From IMG/VR virus record IMGVR_UViG_3300036793_000049, positions 1 through 28,659 of that record: a DNA stretch of 28,659 nt; one strand, 5' to 3'. A program made the position numbers and the translations under genes. The notes beneath the pieces were generated by a model. That model worked only from the letters and a program-made list of their open reading frames with translations, did no database searches and was not told the origin of the DNA. Shown here piece after piece: positions 20,206 to 27,001 of the stretch (the stretch's first letter is position 1; every line of letters starts with the position of its first letter). This stretch comes from a virus.

Positions 20206-21052
20206 TTAGCCAGCCTTTGATTTTTTTGTTAAACCCGGAAATGTGCTTGCTGCAGTCGTGAACCATGCTGGCACACATGCAATATTCGTCCGGTTGTGCC
20301 CAGCCCACACGGGATAAATCCATACCGGGATCGGTAACGATGTGCGGCGCATTATGCGCACCACAGCCACCCTGAATGATGAATACGGGCGTTTGGTAGC
20401 AGATGGCCACCGGCAGTGCCCAGCCGACACCCGAGACAACCACCGCGGCATGTTCCACCAGCGCCAGCGTCTGAGTTAACGAGAGTTCGCCAGCGTGCAG
20501 GTACAGATCGGCTTCAGGGGTTTCGCCCACCAGCCATTCTTCCCCGGCTTCCAGATCGGCCAGGCTTACAACGTAAAAGTTTTTACGCAGCTTTCGCGCA
20601 GCAGCAGCAATGTACTTCGGGTCAGGGTTACGGGCGGGGTTGGCCCATTCCTTACGAACCGTTGCAGGGCGTATCACTGCGATCGGCTTATCGGCTTTTA
20701 CCGGTGATTCACCAAACGTTGGCAGGTCAAAGATCGTTGCCACCCTGCCAAACTGCCAGGTCATCGCATCGATAATAGAGCCACGTTTAAGCTCCTCAGG
20801 ACCGTAGAAGATGCTCAGAACTTCCGACGGCCGCGCTGGCTCCCGCACAAACACAATATTGGTTTTCTCTTCGTTTTTGCGTTGTGTGCGCAGCGTGGTA
20901 TTTGAACGGACAAAATTCACATCCAGATCCGAATACAGCTCGGGCCAGGGCGTTCTCAGATAAGCACCGGGAATCTGGCGCACAAAGGCGCGCTGGTAAA
21001 CAGAGTCACCCAGCCCGTACATCCCACGGATGCAGACTTTCGATTTTGCCAT
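20189..21052 (-). CDS. GT9-like (heptosyltransferase-like, GT-B fold) glycosyltransferase
   Basis: N-terminal GLGDS; C-terminal GELSL.QTLALVEHA..VVS....LPVA....TP pattern like WaaC/WaaF. Confidence 0.7.
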   Translation of the reverse strand: MAKSKVCIRGMYGLGDSVYQRAFVRQIPGAYLRTPWPELYSDLDVNFVRSNTTLRTQRKNEEKTNIVFVREPARPSEVLSIFYGPEELKRGSIIDAMTWQFGRVATIFDLPTFGESPVKADKPIAVIRPATVRKEWANPARNPDPKYIAAAARKLRKNFYVVSLADLEAGEEWLVGETPEADLYLHAGELSLTQTLALVEHAAVVVSGVGWALPVAICYQTPVFIIQGGCGAHNAPHIVTDPGMDLSRVGWAQPDEYCMCASMVHDCSKHISGFNKKIKGWLNEIVQ

Positions 21053-21064
21053 TAAGGGAACCTT

Positions 21065-21607
21065 TTAAAGCGAGAGTGCCGCTTCTAACGACATCACAGG
21101 GAAACATTTCAGCCGGGTACGGCAGGAGCAATTAAGAATATCAACAGAGGAATAGTGCTGGCGCAGCTGCGCGAACTCATCATGCCAGCGAGCAACACTG
21201 AAAGTGTCAGGATTAGCCAGAGTGTTATGCCTTCCATGCCAGTGCAATCCGCCACGGATAGAACAATCATAGCCGAGTAACAGCACGCGATCCGCGCCGA
21301 GCCTTATCGCAAGCTCTATCGCCCGCTGACCGGAATTAAACGAACCCGTCAATGCAGACTGTAGCCAGTTAATACCGAATCGCCGGGCGGTAAACTCATC
21401 ACCACAATACCGGGCTGCCGGTACCGAAATATTCTGTCCGTATTCCTCCCACCAGCAACAATCCACTGCGTAGATGAACGAGCAGAGCGGCACAGCAATC
21501 CACGAGTTATTCACGGCAATAACCGGAAAGCCTGATTGCTCCGCTAAAGTGCAATCATCCGGTGACAACGATGGCCCGCTGGCGATACAGATAAAGGTTT
21601 TTAGCAT
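21065..21607 (-). CDS. Putative glycosyltransferase of the CstII/Maf (DUF115/MptE-like) fold
   Basis: IASGPSL...VIAVNN...D..WW...NSG..AI.LA..LGA.RV.LLGYD...HWHG. Confidence 0.6.
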   Translation of the reverse strand: MLKTFICIASGPSLSPDDCTLAEQSGFPVIAVNNSWIAVPLCSFIYAVDCCWWEEYGQNISVPAARYCGDEFTARRFGINWLQSALTGSFNSGQRAIELAIRLGADRVLLLGYDCSIRGGLHWHGRHNTLANPDTFSVARWHDEFAQLRQHYSSVDILNCSCRTRLKCFPVMSLEAALSL

Positions 21608-21773
21608 AAGTGTCTGGTTATGACAGCGCGCTACCAGGTACCCACATGTTTAATCATTGTGTTGAAAAAATAAAAATACCCTCTCACTTGCGATTAACAG
21701 AAATGAATCATATTTTTATTGCTTGCCGTTTCTCCGTTCGGCACCCGGTTAACTGGAATTCCCACCGGGCCTT

Positions 21774-22241
21774 TTATTCCAGACATTGCTGCCTGATATA
21801 CTCCTGCAGGCCAGCAATCATTTTACTACTTATTTCGATTCTTTCACGGAGACGAAAATAATCCCGCTGAGCGGCGTCAGTAAGTCCGGGGCTGGTTGCA
21901 TCATCCACGCTGGAGGTGCCGGAGGCTTCCGACACTGGCTGGCAGGTATTGTTGACGCGCAGCCGCTTAGTGCCAGCAACAACATCACGCTGCAGCTCAT
22001 CAATAGTATGTCTGGCATCTGCCAACTCCTGGGTGTATTTAACATCAAGCGCAACCATCTCACGCTGGCGGGTTTGCATGTCGCCGATTGACTCCTCGTA
22101 CTGTATTGCCAGCACTTCTGCGTCATCAGCTCGCTTCTGCTCTTTCAGATACTTGTCGTGGTAATGATGAGCAGACCAGACAAGACCACCAGTCAAACAT
22201 GCCGCAAAAACTGCCAGGATTAACCAGCCTATATTTTTCAC
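21774..22241 (-). CDS. Rz: Inner-membrane spanin (Rz)
   Basis: N-terminal TM helix; LD.KYTQELADA, G.KRLRV...C, DY.RLRERI and GLQEYI..QC motifs. Confidence 0.93.
   Translation of the reverse strand: MKNIGWLILAVFAACLTGGLVWSAHHYHDKYLKEQKRADDAEVLAIQYEESIGDMQTRQREMVALDVKYTQELADARHTIDELQRDVVAGTKRLRVNNTCQPVSEASGTSSVDDATSPGLTDAAQRDYFRLRERIEISSKMIAGLQEYIRQQCLE
21830..22018 (-). CDS. Rz1: Outer-membrane lipoprotein spanin (Rz1), embedded in Rz in another frame
   Basis: MPDILLMSCSVMLLLALSGC lipobox; Pro-rich KPPAPPAWMMQPAPD. Confidence 0.88.
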   Translation of the reverse strand: MPDILLMSCSVMLLLALSGCASTIPASQCRKPPAPPAWMMQPAPDLLTPLSGIIFVSVKESK

Positions 22242-22768
22242 TGTTCAATCCCCCAGCAGGACAGCTCAGATTCCTGGTCACGGCGTAGAACCTGCCCGTA
22301 GCAGTTATTCGAGCGGATACGACAATCGCGGCCGCCATCGTAAATCCATCGCTTCATCTCTGCGCATGCGCCGTGACGGTCATCAGCATTGAGTTTTCGC
22401 CAGAACGTGGAAGGCAGACAATTACCGACTCCGATGTTCCAGGGGCAGAAAGAAGCGATACCGACCTTTTGAGGTTCGGTCAGCGGAACGCGAACATTTT
22501 TTTCTATCCAGGTCAAAGCCCTCGCCTGCTCTGCTTTGTCGATTTTGTCGCACTGGTGTCGCGTCAGCTGCATGCCCTTAACAACGGGCTTCCCATCAAC
22601 GCGAGTTACACCACCACAAATCGTCCACACACCACCAGCATCCGTGTAAGCAATCAGGCGGGTTCCCTCTTTTTCTTTTTGAAACTGGCTCATGAGTACC
22701 GGGGCAGACGCCCCCGCCAGCAGCAGCCCCAGCATTCCAGCGCTGAGCTTACTTTTTGTCGAAGCCAT
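22238..22768 (-). CDS. SAR endolysin (GH24 lysozyme)
   Basis: Weakly hydrophobic Gly/Ala-rich N-terminal anchor; catalytic E-X8-D-X5-T (EGTRLIAYTDAGGVWT). Confidence 0.93.
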   Translation of the reverse strand: MASTKSKLSAGMLGLLLAGASAPVLMSQFQKEKEGTRLIAYTDAGGVWTICGGVTRVDGKPVVKGMQLTRHQCDKIDKAEQARALTWIEKNVRVPLTEPQKVGIASFCPWNIGVGNCLPSTFWRKLNADDRHGACAEMKRWIYDGGRDCRIRSNNCYGQVLRRDQESELSCWGIEQ

Positions 22769-22772
22769 AATG

Positions 22773-23048
22773 TCAGTCGTCCTGTGATGGGGTCGTTACG
22801 TAGCCATTCAACCGGTCTTCCCGTTCTTTACGACGGTAATACCAGTTAACGCCGCAGGTGATTACCGTACAGGCAATACCAGTGATGATTGCCCAGTCGC
22901 TGAGACTCAGTCCCGCCAGTCTGTCAGACAGTATCCACGCACCTGCTTTTGTAGTGTCTGCATACACCTTGGCCGAAACGCCGCAGCCCGTCAGCGTCGT
23001 ACCGGTTCCGTATGAGAGTCTGCTGTAGATTGTGCTCATTCTCACCAT
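22773..23048 (-). CDS. Holin (pinholin-like, dual start Met1/Met4)
   Basis: Upstream of SAR endolysin; DWAII.GI...T..VNWYYRRK membrane segment plus basic tail; MVRM start. Confidence 0.85.
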   Translation of the reverse strand: MVRMSTIYSRLSYGTGTTLTGCGVSAKVYADTTKAGAWILSDRLAGLSLSDWAIITGIACTVITCGVNWYYRRKEREDRLNGYVTTPSQDD

Positions 23049-23090
23049 AGCCTCACCTCCGTATAACCGGATGGTGCTGTGTGAAGGAAA

Positions 23091-23150
23091 TAAAAAACCC
23101 CGGCGGTTAGCCAGGGCTTAAAGGGGAAAAACCTGCTCACCGGCAGGCTT
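23091..23150 (-). terminator. Two tandem intrinsic terminators upstream of the holin
   Basis: Minus strand cctgc-cggtga-gcagg-ttttt and gccctggc-taac-cgccgggg-tttttt. Confidence 0.6.
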
Positions 23151-23161
23151 ATGTATGACAG

Positions 23162-23518
23162 CTAATTGCTGCTTGTTTTGATATCCAGATAGGAGATCAA
23201 ATCAACGCTATAAGAATCTCTGGCGTCATCGGTCAGTGCTGTGAGCAGAAAACCATATGGCCGCTCTTTCGCATCATGCACAGCATAGATAAAACTATAT
23301 TTCCCGTCGTTGGTATTACAACTGATCTCCCATTCACCACCCTTATCTTTCATACTCAGGCAATCCAGCGGTCCGTAGCTATAAGAAAGATAAGACTCAA
23401 GCCTTTCCTGCGCGTCCAGGACAAACTGCGGCTTTAAAAGGAAATTCAGGCAGAGAACATAAATAACAATGGTGGCAAACAATAGCGCTGTAACACTAAC
23501 AATTTGTTTTCTGGTCAT
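23162..23518 (-). CDS. Hypothetical membrane-anchored protein (moron)
   Basis: 118 aa, N-terminal TM helix, two Cys in the soluble part; AT-richer than neighbours; own promoter and terminators. Confidence 0.75.
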   Translation of the reverse strand: MTRKQIVSVTALLFATIVIYVLCLNFLLKPQFVLDAQERLESYLSYSYGPLDCLSMKDKGGEWEISCNTNDGKYSFIYAVHDAKERPYGFLLTALTDDARDSYSVDLISYLDIKTSSN

Positions 23519-23548
23519 TTTATAACTTTTCAGATGTTATTAGTTATA

Positions 23549-23577
23549 AGATTAGCCCACGCTTAAAAAAACGCCAA
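23549..23577 (-). promoter_or_regulatory. Possible sigma70 promoter of the moron
   Basis: TTGGCG-17 bp-TAATCT. Confidence 0.4.
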
Positions 23578-23725
23578 TATAGCTTAAGTGAATTCGACTG
23601 AGCACTGGGTTGCTGGCTAAAGGGTGGCTACAGGATATAAGTAAGCAATCCGATGCTCATGCGAATACACTTCATTCCCACTCTCTTTAACATTGTCCCT
23701 CAGGACAAGCTTTTTTTTGCACAAT

Positions 23726-23753
23726 AAAAAAAACCTGTCCGTGAAGGACAGGC
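23726..23753 (-). terminator. Intrinsic terminator
   Basis: Minus strand cctgtcc-ttcac-ggacagg-tttttttt. Confidence 0.75.
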
Positions 23754-24159
23754 AAGGCATCGGGCATGTCTTATTGCCAGTGTCTCACTTTCGTATTAAG
23801 ACGTGGACAACTGGTCAGTCCTGCTCTCAGGATAATCAACCTGGATAATAATGGGTTATTTACAAGGCTGATTAGACGAAACAGAAACAGCGTGTTTATT
23901 ATCGGGGACTGCAAATAATTCAATCACACAGTGACTGCCCATCCGTTGGAAAATGTGCCATTACCAGCCCTGGTAAGCGATAAGGTATCAACACCAGCCC
24001 ACATAGAAATGTCTGCATCGAAGCAGAAGTCCCTGCGTTGCCAGTTAGTTTCCGGACCCAAATGAGGTGCGTATCAATTAACTATGGTAAATATTCCACG
24101 CTGGCAGCTGCAAGAGATTCAATGTAGCAGTTTCAGATACTGCAGCAGGCTCCCGGATA

Positions 24160-24340
24160 CATAAAAGGCCCACAGAAGTGGGCCTTTTAATTATGGTGTC
24201 AGTCGTTACGCAGTATTGCCACAGTGCCGGGTGCCTCCCGGTGAGTCTCTGGCTGGTCAGACCGGACTCGCACAGCTTATCTACCACACATGACTGTTGA
24301 CCATTTTGCCCCGCCGCTCAGGGGGATTCACCGCTGCAAC
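24160..24340 (-). ncRNA. Structured prophage sRNA of the type recurrent in lambdoid late regions (possibly STnc100-like)
   Basis: Blocks GGTGAATCCCCCTGAGCGGCGGGGC and CCGGGAGGCACCCGGCAC; closing stem TTGCAGCGGTG/CACTGTGGCAA; bounded by a promoter and terminator; family name from memory, unverified. Confidence 0.6.
24163..24188. terminator. Bidirectional intrinsic terminator
   Basis: aaaaggcccac-agaa-gtgggcctttt perfect inverted repeat. Confidence 0.8.
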
Positions 24341-24346
24341 CTGTTA

Positions 24347-24375
24347 AAAGTAGTTCAGTTGCCACACGCTGGCAA
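24347..24375 (-). promoter_or_regulatory. sigma70 promoter for the sRNA
   Basis: TTGCCA-17 bp-TACTTT. Confidence 0.55.
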
Positions 24376-24405
24376 CACCAGAAATTGAAATCTGTATTCA
24401 GCATC

Positions 24406-24437
24406 AAAAAAAACCCGCCGGAGTCCTGCTGGCGGGC
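24406..24437 (-). terminator. Intrinsic terminator downstream of tRNA cluster
   Basis: Minus strand cccgccag-caggac-tccggcggg-tttttttt (stem cccgcc/ggcggg). Confidence 0.75.
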
Positions 24438-24690
24438 ATAAGATGCTAAATTTCGACAGGAAAGTTCAGCCCTGACGCGCAATCGTGCAGGGCAATTTGT
24501 ATTATGGATGCAGTTAAGAAATTTACCAGATAGCACGTAAAAATATTACTGAGCCAGAGGCTCATTGAGCTGACCACTGCTCACTGGCGACAGGGCTGAT
24601 ACGGACATATCAGTAACACCCCGGTGCTAATGCGGATGCGCTTTCCAGTCACTCCGGGTTCTCCCTTCCTCGCAGACTGGAAAGCTATGC

Positions 24691-24765
<75 letters not shown>

Positions 24766-24866
24766 AAAGTTGCGGGTCTGGCTTCCCGCTGGCTGCGTAG
24801 CTTTTCAGTCCTTCGCACCCGGACTATTGCGTCGGTAGGCCTGCATTCAGCAGGTCTACACTTGCC

Positions 24867-24943
24867 TGGTGCACTGTGCTGGAGTCGAACCAGCGGCCTT
24901 TGCCTCCGGAGGGCAACGCTCTATCCATCTGAGCTAACAGTGC
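24867..24943 (-). tRNA. tRNA-Arg(CCG)
   Basis: Cloverleaf with TTGCC-CTCCGGA-GGCAA anticodon arm, TTCGA T-loop and CCA. Confidence 0.92.
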
Positions 24944-24944
24944 A

Positions 24945-25021
<77 letters not shown>

Positions 25022-25026
25022 TTGTC

Positions 25027-25100
25027 TGGACCGCCACCGGGGCCTCGAACCTCGTACTACAACACCGTGGTTGTCGCTCTTCCTGATGAGCTAGTGGCGG
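25027..25100 (-). tRNA. tRNA-like gene with aberrant 6-nt anticodon loop (undetermined/pseudo)
   Basis: CCGCCAC/GTGGCGG acceptor stem, GCTC/GAGC D stem, ACAAC-CACGGT-GTTGT arm, TTCGAGG T-loop, CCA. Confidence 0.75.
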
Positions 25101-25101
25101 T

Positions 25102-25178
25102 TGGTGGCCCTTGCTGGACTTGAACCAGCGACCGGGCGATTATGAGTCGCGCGCTCTAACCAGCTGAGCTAAAGGGCC
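25102..25178 (-). tRNA. tRNA-Ile2(CAT), ileX/ileZ-like
   Basis: GGCCCTTTAGCTCAG...GCGACTCATAATCGC...GCTGGTTCAAGTCCAGCAAGGGCCACCA. Confidence 0.92.
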
Positions 25179-25187
25179 GGGAGCGGA

Positions 25188-25216
25188 ATAATACATAAGT
25201 GAAACTAACCATGCAA
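25188..25216 (-). promoter_or_regulatory. sigma70 promoter directly upstream of the tRNA cluster
   Basis: TTGCAT-17 bp-TATTAT, with the -10 box ending 9 bp before tRNA-Ile. Confidence 0.7.
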
Positions 25217-25248
25217 ACCCAATGGTTATTTCAATCCAATTTATACGA

Positions 25249-25272
25249 TAAAACCCCGCCGTAGCGAGGTTC
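25249..25272 (-). terminator. tR'-like terminator after late promoter
   Basis: Minus strand aacctcgc-tacg-gcggggtt-ttat. Confidence 0.7.
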
Positions 25273-25334
25273 CAGTGTTTATTTGTTGCTTATCGCCGTA
25301 GCCATCATGGCACAGCTCTGCCAAGCATGAATCA

Positions 25335-25362
25335 ATTATCTAAGTTTCTGGCCCGTTTTCAA
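25335..25362 (-). promoter_or_regulatory. Probable late promoter pR'
   Basis: TTGAAA-16 bp-GATAAT, about 65 bp upstream of a terminator, downstream of Q and upstream of tRNA/lysis genes. Confidence 0.6.
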
Positions 25363-25792
25363 TGTTTTTTCATCAATAATGATAACCACTTGTTTTTAAA
25401 GCAAAAAGGAAACATGTGAGTAATATCTCCCGACAGTGCATTTTAGCGCCCAGAACGATCAATCTTTCATTATCGAGCTGTCATATCAATTTTAAGTTGA
25501 TCAGATAACTCTTTTGCATTTTTGATATGACTGGCAGTACAGCGGTTTGATTTGCCGCTTACATCTAATGAAATCGAAGACTGAACTTTCTGAACCTGTA
25601 TGAACAACGCTGCAGCAATTTGCCCTGAATCATTGGCGCCGGGTATCCATACCCACGGAGCTCATCTTCTTATGCCAGTAAGCGAATTGGAAAACCGACA
25701 GATAACTGGTTCCTTACCTGAAAGAATAATGATTATTTTTACATGTAATACACGCAGTTATTTAAGGTGGCATTTCTTTATGTTAAAAAAAA

Positions 25793-25820
25793 GGAACCAA
25801 ACCAACAAAAAATACACAAA
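25793..25820 (+). promoter_or_regulatory. hrp-box-like (HrpL/ECF sigma) promoter
   Basis: GGAACC-N15-ACACAAA versus consensus GGAACC-N15/16-CCACNNA (one mismatch), ending 45 bp upstream of ATG 25866. Confidence 0.55.
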
Positions 25821-25865
25821 ATAAATGCAGTCACAAAACATTAATCAAACACTCAAAGGTGAAAA

Positions 25866-26192
25866 ATGAATATATTTACCATGCAAAACCCAATGCACCT
25901 ACTTCGCAATATCGAATTTAATCATCAACATGGAGATAGCGCGCCTCCATCCAATATGAACAGACAAGCCCTGAATCGCGTTAAGAGAACCCCCTCATTA
26001 CCCGTTAATCAACCAAATACTGATGTACAAACAAACGGAGCATCCACCAGCTCAGGTGTTACCATCAGGTGCATAGATGAAAGCAACAAGCCAAAAGGTC
26101 AGCCAAACGGAGCATCCTCAGCTGACAGAGTCACATACTGCGAACGAGCAAAAATTACATTCAAAGGTGGGCAACTAATTTCTACCCCCTAA
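25866..26192 (+). CDS. Small protein, paralogue 1 (candidate type III effector)
   Basis: AAGGTG RBS; 108 aa; Asn/Ser/Pro/Gln-rich N-terminus; paralogous to the next ORF. Confidence 0.8.
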   Translation: MNIFTMQNPMHLLRNIEFNHQHGDSAPPSNMNRQALNRVKRTPSLPVNQPNTDVQTNGASTSSGVTIRCIDESNKPKGQPNGASSADRVTYCERAKITFKGGQLISTP

Positions 26193-26253
26193 TCATTTAA
26201 AATGAACCTCACATTATGTTTCATACCAACATAATACTTTAAGGAGAAATATA

Positions 26254-26571
26254 ATAAATATTTCCAACGTTTCATCACCGCTATACATACCACAAAGTCA
26301 TTCTGTCCATTCAATTGAAACAAACAATAAAGACTTGCCATCTTTAAAGCGTATCAAGAGAGATCCTTCATTACCCAGTAATTCAGGAGGTCAATCAAAT
26401 ACAGGAAGTTATATATCCTACAGTTCTAGTTCTGGCAGCGGCGTAACCATAACCTGCATACAAGGAAGCATCCAGCCATCAGGTTCTCCTAATGGTTCCA
26501 ATAATGCTGACAGAGTCGTACCTTGTACAACTCCGACGGTAAGGAGAACTGTCATTACCAATGGAAATTAA
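26254..26571 (+). CDS. Small protein, paralogue 2 (ATA in place of start codon; possibly a pseudogene)
   Basis: AAGGAG at 26241-26246 then in-frame ATA AAT ATT TCC (cf. ATG AAT ATA TTT of paralogue 1); frame open to 26571; 18/30 identical residues in the C-terminal core. Confidence 0.7.
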   Translation: MNISNVSSPLYIPQSHSVHSIETNNKDLPSLKRIKRDPSLPSNSGGQSNTGSYISYSSSSGSGVTITCIQGSIQPSGSPNGSNNADRVVPCTTPTVRRTVITNGN

Positions 26572-26646
26572 AAATAATGGAATATTGAGTACTAAAGAGT
26601 GCAGATAGTTTATCCAGTTAACTTAACAAACTGACTAACGGAGCTT

Positions 26647-27001
26647 ATGAGAATGACAAATAATGTAGAGATTAGCCGGATCAATAATACTCAGAATGTC
26701 ACTACGTTTCTTCCAACAAATAATACGAGGGAAAATACTCAAAATAGCAATGCAACATCAGTAAACAGTAACATTGCTGGAGCCGCAAGCTCAAACACTG
26801 CCGTAACTTACTAAATAAACTGGATAACCAGGTCGAAATCGCGAACATTCTCCTGAACGATGAATCACCAACAATCGGCGGGGAAGCCCTCCCCGCTGAT
26901 TGTTCTTACTTAAGTTAGCTGTCAATGAATACAGCACTCCTGAATTTGTACCTCGTAAAGATGAAAGCCTCAAGCCCCCGCACAAAAAGTCTTTAGCATG
27001 A
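26647..27001 (+). pseudogene. Third cassette gene: 55-aa Asn/Thr/Ser-rich ORF (26647-26814), possibly a frameshifted remnant of a longer gene
   Basis: GGAG RBS; MRMTNNVEISRINNTQNVTTFLPTNN...; protein-like continuations in other frames (RNLLNKLDNQVEIANILLNDES..., LKLAVNEYSTPEF...) to 27001. Confidence 0.4.

Noticed and set aside
729..22849. Numerous plus-strand and alternate-frame ORFs overlapping the structural and lysis genes
   Set aside because: Antisense or out-of-frame shadows of well-supported GC-rich phage genes, with no recognisable motifs; only Rz1, DUF2635, the terL-portal peptide and the frameshift extension were retained
23760..24150. Broken minus-strand reading frames possibly from a decayed gene
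   Set aside because: Short frames with several stops and no recognisable family; cannot be supported without a search
24078..24536. ORFs 24078..24287 and 24318..24536
   Set aside because: They cross terminators and the structured sRNA; better explained as non-coding RNA
25600..25824. 74-aa plus-strand ORF upstream of the cassette
   Set aside because: No convincing RBS, atypical composition, and it runs through the hrp-box-like promoter region
26410..26526. YISY and ADRVVPC in paralogue 2, reminiscent of plant RALF peptides
   Set aside because: YISY is absent from paralogue 1, it lies about 30 residues from DRVxPC rather than adjacent, and only two Cys are present; likely coincidence
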